A DNA stretch of 64,000 bases from Cyclobacteriaceae bacterium (GTDB taxonomy: Bacteria > Bacteroidota > Bacteroidia > Cytophagales > Cyclobacteriaceae). The stretch covers positions 5,483 through 69,482 of the forward strand of contig JBDNFI010000012.1 in assembly GCA_041689935.1 (NCBI GenBank), in the 5' to 3' direction. The first letter of the stretch is position 1; each line of letters begins with the position of its first letter. The position numbers were made by a program, and so were the translations under genes. The notes below the pieces were generated by a model. It worked only from the letters and a program-made list of their open reading frames with translations, was not told the DNA's origin and made no database searches. Positions 22,003-32,020 of this stretch are shown here, in pieces.

Positions 22003-22891
22003 TTTCTACTTGTTCAGTATTTTTTATCACCGTCTGAACCACTTCTTTAATCTTCCTCAATATTTTCCCTTTTGCTGGATCATTTTGCTGAGTAAGCTCT
22101 ACAGAAAATTCGTAAGCAATGCCTTCTTTTTTGATATCCTTAATCAAAAGCTCTTCCGAATCATTCACAAGTTGAGATCGGTATTCAGCTATTCCATGCG
22201 AAATGGCCGAAAGTAAGGCTTCATCCGTGATTGCATGATTGATGGGCAACTCAAAACCAAAGATGACTTTTCGTAAGCTCAATTCTGAATAGCTAATCAC
22301 TTGCCCAGTAATGATTGCGCTATTGGGGATTAAGATTTTATCGCCTCCCGCATTTTCCAATACAATATTGAGGAAATTGATGTCTACTATTTTACCATCA
22401 TGCTCGCCTACCTTAATGTAATCGTTCAGTGCCAATTGATCACCAAACATCATAATGAGGCCATTGATCATATTATTGATGTAATCCTTAGAAAGGATGG
22501 CAATGGCAGCTGCCACAATGGTGATAGACGTGAAAAATCTCGCCACATCTATGCCAGTACCAATCAATATGGCAAGGATTAAAATAAAATTGGTCAGGAA
22601 TGAAGCAATTCTATTGATACCAAGCAGAAATGTGTCTTTAAATTCGGAGTTTCTGTTTTTGCGCTTTTGGTAGAAATAAACCAATATGATGCGCCCAATA
22701 GAAACAAGTAAGGCACCTGACAGGTAAAAGAGTAAGCCTTCGATTATGGTGTAGTCAATATTCCATTTGCGTAATTGACTTAAATAGCTACTTTTAAAAA
22801 AAAGTAAGCTAAAAAGGATAATGAGTTTGAGAATAAAAAAACCTCTTCTCATCAGTTCTTTTCTATTAAAAAGGTCATTTGTTCTTTTCAT
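21992..22891 (-). CDS. Mechanosensitive ion channel (MscS family)
   Basis: Three to four TM helices are followed by the beta-domain block GDYIKVGEHDGKIVDINFLNIVLEN..GDKILIPNS. Confidence 0.8.
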   Translation of the reverse strand: MKRTNDLFNRKELMRRGFFILKLIILFSLLFFKSSYLSQLRKWNIDYTIIEGLLFYLSGALLVSIGRIILVYFYQKRKNRNSEFKDTFLLGINRIASFLTNFILILAILIGTGIDVARFFTSITIVAAAIAILSKDYINNMINGLIMMFGDQLALNDYIKVGEHDGKIVDINFLNIVLENAGGDKILIPNSAIITGQVISYSELSLRKVIFGFELPINHAITDEALLSAISHGIAEYRSQLVNDSEELLIKDIKKEGIAYEFSVELTQQNDPAKGKILRKIKEVVQTVIKNTEQVESER

Positions 22892-23067
22892 AAGAGATTA
22901 TTTTGAGTCAGAGGTCTAAGTGAAATTCGTTCTTTGTTATGGCTATGAACCCTTTATCTTATAATTACGGTTAATCGTTATCATTAAAAGTAAAATGGTC
23001 TTACTTTTGCAATTGGATTAAAATCCTGTGTTCGGTCTGGTAAATATACTGAACAATAATAGAGCAA

Positions 23068-23847
23068 ATGGCAAGTACTCAATCAGCACTTATAAGAAAA
23101 ACCGAAAAATTACTTGTAGAAGTTGGTCTTATTACGCGCTTCATTGGTCGTTATTTTAAGGAAACTTTTACGGGTCCTTTTGAACTTCGCGAAACGGTAA
23201 GGCAATGCTATGAGGTTGGGTATAAAGCCCTCCCGCTTATTAGCGTCACTTCATTGATCGTGGGGTTGGTTTTTACACGCCAATCGAGACCTTCCCTTGA
23301 GGAGTTTGGTGCTGCTAGTTGGTTGCCAGCATTGATTTCTATTGCCATTGTACGTGCTTTAGGGCCACTTATTACGGCCATTATTTGTGCCGGAAAAGTA
23401 GGTTCTCAAATAGGAGCAGAGCTTAGCTCTATGAAAGTAACGGAGCAAATAGATGCGATGGAAGTAAGTGGCTCCAAGCCTTTTCGATACTTGGTGGTAA
23501 CGCGCGTCACTGCGATGACTTTGATGCTACCCATATTGGTGGCTTATGCCGATACTGTTGCTTTATTTGGTGGATTTTTATCTGTAAGCGGTACAGAGCT
23601 TACTTCTATTCAGCTATATTTCAATCAAGTATTCGAAGCGGTTTCATTTTTGGATATTGTTTCATCATTTATCAAATCGCTCTTTTTTGGTATGTGTATC
23701 GGGTTAGTTGCATCTTATAAGGGGTACAACTCATCAAAAGGAACAGAGGGCGTCGGAAAAGCGGCAAATACTTCCGTGGTAGTATCTATGTTTTTAATAT
23801 TTATACTTGAATTATTTGCTCTGCAAATCACAAATTTGTTTCGTTGA
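23068..23847 (+). CDS. mlaE: MlaE-family ABC transporter permease
   Basis: Conserved block GPLITAIICAGKVGSQIGAELSSMKVTEQIDAME. It overlaps the ATPase gene by 4 nt. Confidence 0.88.
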   Translation: MASTQSALIRKTEKLLVEVGLITRFIGRYFKETFTGPFELRETVRQCYEVGYKALPLISVTSLIVGLVFTRQSRPSLEEFGAASWLPALISIAIVRALGPLITAIICAGKVGSQIGAELSSMKVTEQIDAMEVSGSKPFRYLVVTRVTAMTLMLPILVAYADTVALFGGFLSVSGTELTSIQLYFNQVFEAVSFLDIVSSFIKSLFFGMCIGLVASYKGYNSSKGTEGVGKAANTSVVVSMFLIFILELFALQITNLFR

Positions 23848-24614
23848 TTATGAGTCCATCTGCTATAGATACCACCGAGAATGTAATAGAAATAGTAGGC
23901 CTGCAAAAAGCTTTTGGAGATTTGGAGATTCTCAGAGACATTAATCTTGACCTAATGAGAGGCGAAAACTTAGTGGTTTTGGGTAGGTCAGGGCAAGGTA
24001 AGTCTGTATTGATAAAATGTATTGTAGGCTTATTAATTGCCGATGCAGGTTCGATAAACGTACTGGGCAATGAGGTGACAAAGCTTAATACAAGGGAGTT
24101 AGATAAATTGCGACTAAAAATGGGATTCAATTTTCAGAATAGCGCTCTTTATGATTCAATGACTGTACGAGAAAATTTAGAATTTCCACTGATTCGAAAC
24201 CATATGCGCAAAACGCGGAAAGATTTAAATATAATGGTGGAAAAATCTCTTGAGGATGTAGGGATGCTGCACGCGATAGATCAGATGCCATCGGAATTAT
24301 CAGGTGGAATGCGAAAAAGAGTGGGTGTAGCAAGAACGCTTATTTTACAACCAGAAATAATGCTTTATGATGAACCTACTGCTGGCCTTGACCCCATTAC
24401 GGCACAGGAAATAAATGAGCTGATATTAGAAGTGCAGGAGCGTTTCCAAACTTCATCCATTATAATTACGCATGATATTACCTGCGCAAAAGTGACAGGA
24501 AATAGAATAAAAATACTTATTGACGGGCTATTTCAAGAGGAAGGCTCTTTCGAACATGTTTCCAAATCGACTGACCCGCGAATCAAACCGTTTTTCGATT
24601 ACAACGTTTTATAA
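23844..24614 (+). CDS. mlaF: MlaF-like ABC transporter ATP-binding protein
   Basis: Walker A GRSGQGKS, signature LSGGMRKR, Walker B IMLYDEPTAGLD. Confidence 0.9.
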   Translation: MIMSPSAIDTTENVIEIVGLQKAFGDLEILRDINLDLMRGENLVVLGRSGQGKSVLIKCIVGLLIADAGSINVLGNEVTKLNTRELDKLRLKMGFNFQNSALYDSMTVRENLEFPLIRNHMRKTRKDLNIMVEKSLEDVGMLHAIDQMPSELSGGMRKRVGVARTLILQPEIMLYDEPTAGLDPITAQEINELILEVQERFQTSSIIITHDITCAKVTGNRIKILIDGLFQEEGSFEHVSKSTDPRIKPFFDYNVL

Positions 24615-24615
24615 T

Positions 24616-25593
24616 ATGGCAAACGAAAATAAAAATAGAGTTAAGCTAGGCATTTTTGTGATAGTCGCTATTATCTTCATTACAATTGGAGTTTTCAGCA
24701 TAGGTAACCAAAGTAAGCTCTTCGTATCCACCTTTACCATACACACCAATTTCAATGATGCGGGAGGATTAATGGGAGGCAATAACGTCCTCTTCTCAGG
24801 AGTGAAAATAGGCACTGTCATACGTGTAAACATCGTTGCCGAGAATGAAGTGTCCGTGGAAATGGCCATAGAAGAACGCCTCCGAGAATTTATTAAAAAG
24901 GACTCAAATGCTAAAATTGGTTCCGATGGACTAATAGGTAATACCATCGTGGTAATTACAGGTGGCATATCTCAAAGTTCACCTGTAGAAGACGGAGATT
25001 TTCTACCAGCTATCCAAAGTGTCGATACAGAAGATATGATGGCTACTTTGCAAATGAATAACGAGAATTTGGTAGGCATTACCGAGCAATTGAGTGTGCT
25101 ACTCGCAGGGCTAAACCGAGGCGAAGGCACGTTAGGGAAATTATTTAAAGACACTTCTCTTTATACCAATCTTAACCAAACGATAGAAGGATTGGACCAA
25201 ATCCGCAGCAGTAGCCTAATAGTGACTAATGAATTGCAAATGCTGACAAAAAAACTCAATTCAGAGGATGGTTTAGTATACGCATTGTTTCAGGATGAAT
25301 CTATGGTGGTTAGTTTAAGAACAACTTTGGATAATCTTGAAAAGACTTCTACCCAAGCTGATGCTATTACAGCAGAAGTGAAATTGCTTACCGAAAAGTT
25401 GAATCAGAGTAATAGTGCGTTAGATTTGCTTACCAACGATCCGGAATTTGCCGAGTCCCTAAAATCCATGATGCAATATTTGGAATCCAGTTCTGTAAAA
25501 CTGGATGAAAATATGAAAGCCTTGCAGTCTAATTTTTTATTGAGAGGCTATTTCAAAAAGCAAGCTAAAGAAGAAGCAAAGAAGAATAATTGA
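24616..25593 (+). CDS. mlaD: MlaD/MCE-domain protein
   Basis: MANENKNRVKLGIFVIVAII anchor, an MCE beta-barrel (G.NV.FSGVKIGTV) and a long helical tail. The track ORF start at 24520 lies inside mlaF, so I chose the ATG at 24616, 2 nt after the mlaF stop. Confidence 0.85.
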   Translation: MANENKNRVKLGIFVIVAIIFITIGVFSIGNQSKLFVSTFTIHTNFNDAGGLMGGNNVLFSGVKIGTVIRVNIVAENEVSVEMAIEERLREFIKKDSNAKIGSDGLIGNTIVVITGGISQSSPVEDGDFLPAIQSVDTEDMMATLQMNNENLVGITEQLSVLLAGLNRGEGTLGKLFKDTSLYTNLNQTIEGLDQIRSSSLIVTNELQMLTKKLNSEDGLVYALFQDESMVVSLRTTLDNLEKTSTQADAITAEVKLLTEKLNQSNSALDLLTNDPEFAESLKSMMQYLESSSVKLDENMKALQSNFLLRGYFKKQAKEEAKKNN

Positions 25594-25635
25594 GTCCAAA
25601 ATAATAAGGAAGGTTAATCGTTTTAGCTAAAAAGT

Positions 25636-26319
25636 ATGATGAGAGTCCTATTCACCCTATGTCTAATTTTTTTATCAACTCAGCTGCTCCATGCACAAAA
25701 TAGTGAAAACAGGCCGTTGGCTGATTTTTTTGAAATAAGAGTAAATGATGGGATTGAAGTAGAGCTGATAAAATCGGAAAACCCCAGAATAGAAATAGAG
25801 ACCGAAGGAGTGAGTACCGATAAAGTAGTCACAGATTTATCTAGCGGGAGGTTGAGGATTCGCATGCGCATAGGAATATACCCAGGAGTGCGCGTAAAAT
25901 GTAAGGTTTATTACAACGAATTATCGTTGATACAGGCAATGGCCGCAGGAGTGATTACAAGCAATGAAACCTTCAAGGTAGACAGATTGAGTATTACAGC
26001 AAATGCGGGAGGCATTGTGAACTTGAATGTGGAAGCTCGTCGACTAATGTTAGAGGCCATAGCTGCGGGACAAATTTCTCTTACAGGAGAAGCAGAATTT
26101 ACCATGATAAATGCAGGCTCTGGAGGACAGATTGACGCTTTTAGTCTGATGGCCAAAGAAGCTGAAGTAAGAGCGAATAGTGGAGCTTCTGTAAACGTGA
26201 ATGTAATGGATAGCCTTAGTGGCAGGTCAAGCACAGGCGCACAAGTCAATTATAAAGGATCGCCCTCCAGCTTATTCGTAGAAACACAGCTTGGCGGTAC
26301 AATAAATCGAGCGTATTAG
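25636..26319 (+). CDS. Secreted DUF2807/head-GIN-domain (putative adhesin-like) protein
   Basis: It has a signal peptide and repetitive beta-helix-like units (ANAGGIVNL, AIAAGQISL, AGSGGQIDA, ANSGASVNV, TGAQVNY). Confidence 0.6.
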   Translation: MMRVLFTLCLIFLSTQLLHAQNSENRPLADFFEIRVNDGIEVELIKSENPRIEIETEGVSTDKVVTDLSSGRLRIRMRIGIYPGVRVKCKVYYNELSLIQAMAAGVITSNETFKVDRLSITANAGGIVNLNVEARRLMLEAIAAGQISLTGEAEFTMINAGSGGQIDAFSLMAKEAEVRANSGASVNVNVMDSLSGRSSTGAQVNYKGSPSSLFVETQLGGTINRAY

Positions 26320-26348
26320 TAAATTGATGTTTCTCAACCAATGAAACC

Positions 26349-26813
26349 ATGAAATCCCTAAAGTCAGCTGTTGTAGTTCTTCTCGTTTTATTTATCGCCA
26401 ATAGTACACAAGCGCAATCATCGGATAGCGAACAAGTAAAGGAATTAATAGAAAATCTGTTTGATGCCATGCGGGCAGCAGACGGAGTTGCATTTGGCAA
26501 ATGTTTTCATGAATCGGCTAAAATGATGACAGCACTAGTGGACGAGCAAGGGAATACTCGATTGGCAGAGGCGACTGTAAGTGGATTTGTAGAATCAATT
26601 TCCAAAGCAGAAGCAGGAACTCTTGATGAGCGGATTACAGCTTGGGATATAAAAGTAGATGGCCCAATGGCAATGGCTTGGACCAATTATGAATTCTACA
26701 GGGGAGATACTTTCAGCCACTGCGGAGTTAATAATTTCACCCTATATAAGGATAATGGTCAGTGGAAAATTGTCCAAATAATTGATACACGGAATAGGGA
26801 AGGGTGTAAATAA
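26349..26813 (+). CDS. Secreted NTF2/SnoaL-like fold protein
   Basis: It has a signal peptide ending ANSTQA. Size and pattern (W..Y.F......HCG.N.F.L.K.NG.WKIV) resemble the DUF4440/NTF2 superfamily. Confidence 0.5.
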   Translation: MKSLKSAVVVLLVLFIANSTQAQSSDSEQVKELIENLFDAMRAADGVAFGKCFHESAKMMTALVDEQGNTRLAEATVSGFVESISKAEAGTLDERITAWDIKVDGPMAMAWTNYEFYRGDTFSHCGVNNFTLYKDNGQWKIVQIIDTRNREGCK

Positions 26814-26826
26814 TGTGGTTATTTCC

Positions 26827-27573
26827 TTAGAAAAACCAAAGCTTAATTGCCAATGCAAATACGGTTACAATAAGGAAACGCTTTATCCATATATCTCCTT
26901 TATTGACAGACCATCTTGAGGCCACCCATCCTCCTCCCGCACTTCCCACGGCTAGGTTCAAGCCCCATATCCAGTTTACCTGATCTTCATAAATAAAAAC
27001 AGCTAAGGAGGAAAACGTAAAAAATAATGCAACAAATACCTTGGCGCTGTTTGTTTTTACCAAACTAAATCCATTGATCATGGTAAGTGCAGGAATCATT
27101 AAAAATCCAACTCCTGCTTGAATAAACCCGCCATAGATCCCTATAAAAAAGAAGACAATGATGCCGTAAGTCTGATGTTTAAAATCCATTTTCTCTACTT
27201 GGGTTTTAATGGATTTTCCTCCAAATACAGTCAGTAGAATTACAGCTACCATAATAACCGCCAGTATCCGGTTAAAGACTTCGCCTTCTATATTCACGGC
27301 GAAAAAAGCCCCTATAAGCCCACCAAAGAAGGAAGAAATACCAAGCCAAATACTGTATGGATAGGCGGAAACTCCCTTGCTTTGAAATCCAGCAACGCTA
27401 AAAATATTTTGGATAAAAACGGCTACTCGATTGGTAGCATTTGCAACCGTGGGTGGTAAGCCAAGAAAAATAAGTAATGGTAAGCTTAGTAAAGAGCCTC
27501 CTCCTGCAATGGTATTGAGAAAGCCAGACGCAAAGCCTACCACCAATACGAGTAAAATCTCACAAAGCTGCAT
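26827..27573 (-). CDS. TauE/SafE-family anion exporter
   Basis: 248 aa with about 8 TM helices. The N-terminal GxGGG-like motif is AGGGSLLSLPLLIFLGLPP..ANATN. Confidence 0.8.
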   Translation of the reverse strand: MQLCEILLVLVVGFASGFLNTIAGGGSLLSLPLLIFLGLPPTVANATNRVAVFIQNIFSVAGFQSKGVSAYPYSIWLGISSFFGGLIGAFFAVNIEGEVFNRILAVIMVAVILLTVFGGKSIKTQVEKMDFKHQTYGIIVFFFIGIYGGFIQAGVGFLMIPALTMINGFSLVKTNSAKVFVALFFTFSSLAVFIYEDQVNWIWGLNLAVGSAGGGWVASRWSVNKGDIWIKRFLIVTVFALAIKLWFF

Positions 27574-27576
27574 GGA

Positions 27577-28329
27577 TTAGTTACTTTGTAATTCTGCCAG
27601 GCTTTCTATTAGCAAGGTGCAGTATTTCTCTACATATTTGGCGATCTGTTCAATTTGGGACTCATCTATATTTGATCCCTCTAGGAGTGCCTTTCCATCT
27701 TCTAGTTTTTGGGCTAAGTCCGGCAAATCAAGCATATCAATATTAGCTTTATGCTTATGTCTGATCTCTCGCAATCGATCCAAGTTTTGCTCTACCAAAT
27801 ATTGATTGTATAGAGTCATTAGTTCTTTTAAAGAGCTTATATAGAGCTTTATAAGCTCTTTCATAAAGAAAGCATCTCCTTGGGTCAGAAGAATGATTTT
27901 TCTTTTAATTTTATCTTTTGGAATATGAATTTTATCGCTTGTAGGGTCTTGTAGGTTTATTTCATACGGTTTAGCATATTTGGAAATAATGGCAAATAGT
28001 TCCGGTGGGCTAAAGGGTTTAGTGATAAATTCATTCATGCCAGCGTTGGCAACTTTCTCTTTTATTTCACCAAAAGATGCCGCAGTGAGGGCAATGATAG
28101 GTATAGTCTCATAATGAGAATTTATTTGTCTGATGGATTTGGTAGCTTCAAAGCCATCCATTTCTGGCATTTGAAGATCCATCAATATTAAATCGTAAGA
28201 CTCTTTCTGAGATTTTTCCAAGGCAATTCGGCCATTATCAGCTAGGTCTGGATTGATTCCCCATTTTTGAAGATATTTAGTTGCTACTAATTGGTTGACT
28301 TCGTTGTCCTCCACTAAAAGCACCTTCAT
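27577..28329 (-). CDS. Response-regulator receiver domain fused to an HPt domain
   Basis: The REC domain is MKVLLVEDNEVNQ...DLILMDLQMPEMDG...KP. The C-terminal helical bundle carries the HPt-like histidine (IRHKHKANIDML). The start at 28329 is preferred over the track start at 28359. Confidence 0.8.
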   Translation of the reverse strand: MKVLLVEDNEVNQLVATKYLQKWGINPDLADNGRIALEKSQKESYDLILMDLQMPEMDGFEATKSIRQINSHYETIPIIALTAASFGEIKEKVANAGMNEFITKPFSPPELFAIISKYAKPYEINLQDPTSDKIHIPKDKIKRKIILLTQGDAFFMKELIKLYISSLKELMTLYNQYLVEQNLDRLREIRHKHKANIDMLDLPDLAQKLEDGKALLEGSNIDESQIEQIAKYVEKYCTLLIESLAELQSN

Positions 28330-28617
28330 TGAAAAATGTGAGTTGCCAGTCAAATTCAAAATAGTTTTTGATTTTATAATTGATTCAAAGCTTCACGCTA
28401 AGCAAAGGTGCAAGTTATCGTTTTTTCTATTGCTAGAAGGATACTGTTTTCAAATATTTAGAAATTAAGTGAAGTTTCTAAAACTCAATTTCAGATATAT
28501 TGTTATTACTCAATTAAAGCTCTAATATTGTGGTAGTTCATTTATAATTAAATTAAATTGTAAATTATAAATTTTAAAATTATTTTTATGCTTGAAAAGA
28601 AATTAAATTAAAATTTT

Positions 28618-29433
28618 GTGAAAAAAATTAATTTTGTAGTAATAATTAGCTTTTTTATTTTGTCAAACAATGCTTTTGGTCAGGAGAGCGTGCGAACCAC
28701 AATTTCTATTGGAACCAATCTTTCACTATCTACCATCAATGACAAGGGGATGAGTTCTATTCAGTATGATGGATTTATTCCTAGTATTCACTCGCGTTTG
28801 GAAAGGCGTAAAGTTAATTCTATATCAACGTTCTTTATTAGTGGTGAAAAAGGAATATTAACTCCAAAAGGGAATAAAAATGGAAAAATTGGAACTGCAA
28901 ATCAGAATGGTTTTACTGCAAATTATTCTTATCTGAGGAAAATAAATTTAACGCAAAAAAGATGGGCAATTTACACCGGGTTGCAACTTGGGACACTTCT
29001 GAGAAGCAGATTGCACAACAACTTAGTAAATAGTGCTAGAATTTACGAAAATATCAATCACATTGGTCCAGCAATATATGTTGAAAGGAAGATTAATTTG
29101 TTCCAAATGCCTTTAGATATTAGCGTCAGGATGAATGTACCAGTGTTTGCTGCAGTTATTCGACCCTCCGTAACTAATTTGGGAGACTTTCTCGGGAGAA
29201 GAGATGAAGAATTGAAAGACAGATTCCAAGAGCACGGTTTTACATCCTTTGGCAACCTATTAATGATTCAAAATGAAGTGAGTTTAAAATATCAATTGAA
29301 CAAATCGGATGCGCTTGCCATTAACTATTCTTGGCAATACCTTGATTATTCAAAGGTCAATAGCTTACAGTATGCCAGTCAGGTAGTTGGCGTTAGTTAT
29401 GTTAAAGGTCTTTGGTACCAAAAAAATGAATAA
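28618..29433 (+). CDS. Putative outer-membrane beta-barrel protein, function unknown
   Basis: GTG start, signal peptide ending NAFGQ, alternating-hydrophobicity strands and a C-terminal aromatic-rich end. Confidence 0.45.
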   Translation: MKKINFVVIISFFILSNNAFGQESVRTTISIGTNLSLSTINDKGMSSIQYDGFIPSIHSRLERRKVNSISTFFISGEKGILTPKGNKNGKIGTANQNGFTANYSYLRKINLTQKRWAIYTGLQLGTLLRSRLHNNLVNSARIYENINHIGPAIYVERKINLFQMPLDISVRMNVPVFAAVIRPSVTNLGDFLGRRDEELKDRFQEHGFTSFGNLLMIQNEVSLKYQLNKSDALAINYSWQYLDYSKVNSLQYASQVVGVSYVKGLWYQKNE

Positions 29434-30490
29434 TTTATTCCAAAATGTTATGAGTAGATTAATTAAAGTTTCTGGATTAAGAAAAATGAGGTTATTAGTA
29501 ATAATCTTAGTTTTGGGCACATTTACCAGCTGTGAACTCGTGTTGCTTGACGATACACAACCAAACAATCCAGCGGGAAATTTTGATGCCTTGTGGAGTA
29601 TTTTGAATGAGCGATATGCATTCTTTCAAATAAAAAATGTTGATTGGGATTTGACTTACGAAGAGTTCCGACCAAAAATTAATAATGAAATGAGAAATCC
29701 TGAACTCTTTGATGTTTGTTTCGAGATGTTAGAAACCCTTCGGGATGGACATATTTTTTTGAAAGGGGATGCGAACAGACGAGAATATACAGTAGTGCCA
29801 GTATTGGATCAAGGTGTGTTTAGTAAAAATGTGCTTTTCACTACTTACCTGAGAGAACAGACAGAAGAGATTGATGGTGCCATTTATAGAGATTTTAACG
29901 ATATTGGATACCTTTATTATGAGAGTTTTACGGATGATTTTACTCAAAGTGGCCTCGATAAACTCGTAGATAACCTAGCCAACAAAAGAGGATTAATAAT
30001 TGATTTAAGAGGAAACTCTGGAGGAAATCCAAAAAATGCTTTCAGACTTGCAGAGCGTTTGGTGCCTGAACGCAGGGAGGTTATCTACTCGCGAGAGAAA
30101 ACAGGGCCAGGAAGAGAAGATTTTTCTGAAAGAGAAATATTCAGTGTCGACCCAAATTCTAAGCGTTTCGATGGCCCTATTACCATCCTCACAAGTAGTA
30201 TCACCTTCAGTGCAGCTAATTTATTCGTGGCGATAATGCGAAATTTTGATCATGTAACACTTTCGGGTAGACCTACTGGTGGAGGTGGAGGAATTCCTGC
30301 CGTGTTTGAGCTTCCGAATGGCTGGACATTTTCCTATAGTGCATCTCTCATTACAATGCCCGATGGCTATGTGATTGAAAATGGATTCGATCCAGATTTT
30401 TTCGTTCAAATCAGTTCAGGGTTTGTACTGATAGGCAGGGATACCATTCTTGAATTTTCAATCAATAATTTGCGAAATAGGGCGAATTGA
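29426..30490 (+). CDS. S41-family (tail-specific protease-like) peptidase lipoprotein
   Basis: LIIDLRGNSGGNP box and Ser-nucleophile region TSSITFSAANLF. The lipobox is LVLGTFTSC. The start is ambiguous (29387, 29426, 29450 or 29486). Confidence 0.75.
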   Translation: MNNLFQNVMSRLIKVSGLRKMRLLVIILVLGTFTSCELVLLDDTQPNNPAGNFDALWSILNERYAFFQIKNVDWDLTYEEFRPKINNEMRNPELFDVCFEMLETLRDGHIFLKGDANRREYTVVPVLDQGVFSKNVLFTTYLREQTEEIDGAIYRDFNDIGYLYYESFTDDFTQSGLDKLVDNLANKRGLIIDLRGNSGGNPKNAFRLAERLVPERREVIYSREKTGPGREDFSEREIFSVDPNSKRFDGPITILTSSITFSAANLFVAIMRNFDHVTLSGRPTGGGGGIPAVFELPNGWTFSYSASLITMPDGYVIENGFDPDFFVQISSGFVLIGRDTILEFSINNLRNRAN

Positions 30491-31398
30491 AATTTCTATT
30501 TGCCATAGCGTTTTCAATCCTTTTTGTAGCCTCATGTACCGCTCCGAAGGAAAAGGAAATTGGGTATAGAGCTGTTGATTTCGAAAGATTTGGTGATTAC
30601 TGGTATAAAGGGAAAGCCGAGCTAAATGCCTACCACCTCTCCCAATTCCGCTATGGCCAAGTAGTAGAAGGAGAGGCCGTTTTAATTTTTGTGACAGAGG
30701 ATTTTTCTCGTAGCAAAAAGGTGAAAGTGGATGAGATTGACAATGAAGATATGGCTCAAGTAAAGGTGATGAAACTAAATGCCACCCGCGATTTTCTTAC
30801 TGGAATATATCCTTATCATCTGATGTCCTCTACCTTTACACCCATTTACGGGGATGAGCAAAGTTTAAAAATAACCGCCTCCTCACAAGAATGGTGTGGG
30901 CAATCTTTTACCTTGATAGAGCGGGAGGATAAAGATTTCAACGCTATTCTTCATTCATATTTCGAGTCAGAAGCAAACTATTCTTCCACAATTTCTGGAG
31001 TACTGGAAGATGAGCTATGGAATTTAATTCGCCTAAATCCAGATCTACTGCCACAGGGTGAATTTATGGCTGTGCCGGGCGTGCTATCCCAGCGTATGTC
31101 GCATGCCGAATTGATGCCGTACAAAGCAAATGCAGAATTGGTTGATTCAGGAATAGAATTTATGGAAGTAGATCGCCCAACAAAAAAATATAGTATTCAA
31201 TATCCCGAAATAGGGCGAGAGTTAATGATTTATTTTACTGCTTCATTCCCCTTTGAAATCTTGGCTTGGGAAGAAAAAGCATCCTTCCGGGATCAAGCGT
31301 ATACTCGCGCCATCCGCAAAGGGAATTTGATGCTAGACTACTGGAAAAGAAACGCCCCAGCAGATACCGTTTGGAGAGATTCGTTGAAGTTGCGATGA
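30487..31398 (+). CDS. Lipoprotein of unknown function; its last 126 nt are duplicated at 34717-34842
   Basis: The TTG start overlaps the previous stop and the lipobox is FVASC. I recognise no family motif. Confidence 0.6.
   Translation: MKFLFAIAFSILFVASCTAPKEKEIGYRAVDFERFGDYWYKGKAELNAYHLSQFRYGQVVEGEAVLIFVTEDFSRSKKVKVDEIDNEDMAQVKVMKLNATRDFLTGIYPYHLMSSTFTPIYGDEQSLKITASSQEWCGQSFTLIEREDKDFNAILHSYFESEANYSSTISGVLEDELWNLIRLNPDLLPQGEFMAVPGVLSQRMSHAELMPYKANAELVDSGIEFMEVDRPTKKYSIQYPEIGRELMIYFTASFPFEILAWEEKASFRDQAYTRAIRKGNLMLDYWKRNAPADTVWRDSLKLR
31273..31398 (+). repeat. Copy A of a diverged direct repeat (partner at 34717-34842)
   Basis: Codon-by-codon alignment of the last 42 codons of the 30487-31398 gene with 34717-34842 shows 105/126 identical nt. 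Both copies end in TGA. Confidence 0.85.
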
Positions 31399-31753
31399 AG
31401 CCCACATTTCATTGGGAATTATTTTACTGATTTTAGAAATTACTGAATTTACTGTTTGGAATCCGAGTAATTCACTCATTACATAAAAAAACTACATTTT
31501 ATTGCTCATTTTAAGGCTTTTATCTATATAAAGATTCGTGCAAAATTTGCTTTCTTAATCAACAGTAATGACTCTTTGTAAATGATAATAAATCACTAAG
31601 CATCCTTCAAAAATGAATTCTTTATCCGGCCTCTTAGAAACAAAAGTTTGGTTAAAGAATAATTTGAACCTGTTTTGTTGTTTGAAAAATAACTGTTGAA
31701 ATATTAGTATTAATCATATTTTTTTTTATAATTTAACTCAGCAATTAAATAAA

Positions 31754-32002
31754 ATGAAAAGAATAAAGCTGTTATTAATTTTGTTTATTATTTCATTATT
31801 TTGATTAAGTTTAAATGCTGATCCATGTGGAGATAAGTGTAAGCAAGATTTAACTATCAATGCTAATGGTTATTGTAATACCACGCTAATCATGTGTCAT
31901 GAATCTTCAACTGGTGAAGTTTATGTAATGCGGTGCACTATAATTGTGCCTCATATTAATGCTGAGGAAAAAAGGTGCAAACGCCCTCTTTGGATGGAAT
32001 AA
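31754..32002 (+). pseudogene. Small Cys-rich secreted peptide gene interrupted by an in-frame TGA (codon 17)
   Basis: The ATG at 31754 gives MKRIKLLLILFIISLF-TGA(31802-31804)-LSLNADPCGDKCKQDLTINANGYCNTTLIMCHESSTGEVYVMRCTIIVPHINAEEKRCKRPLWME, ending in a stop at 32000-32002. It is a paralogue of the next ORF: both share D-x-CG-x-x-C, GY.C and M.C spacing. Confidence 0.6.
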
Positions 32003-32020
32003 TTTTAAACGTAATAAATT

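Noticed and set aside
24520-24615. N-terminal 32-codon extension of the mlaD-like ORF
   Set aside because: It lies wholly inside the mlaF coding region in another frame. The ATG at 24616, directly after the mlaF stop, gives the expected membrane-anchored N-terminus.
28420-28617. AT-rich reiterated aaattaaatt / taaattataaatttta stretch as a tandem repeat or CRISPR-like array
   Set aside because: It is low-complexity A/T DNA without regular repeat-spacer periodicity. It sits in a divergent promoter region and is most likely just a curved, AT-rich promoter.
31802-31804. In-frame TGA as selenocysteine or alternative genetic code
   Set aside because: Many clearly complete genes in the window terminate with TGA, so the code is standard. 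The codon sits in a hydrophobic signal peptide where Sec makes no sense. No SECIS-like hairpin follows it. A nonsense mutation of TGG is the simplest reading.
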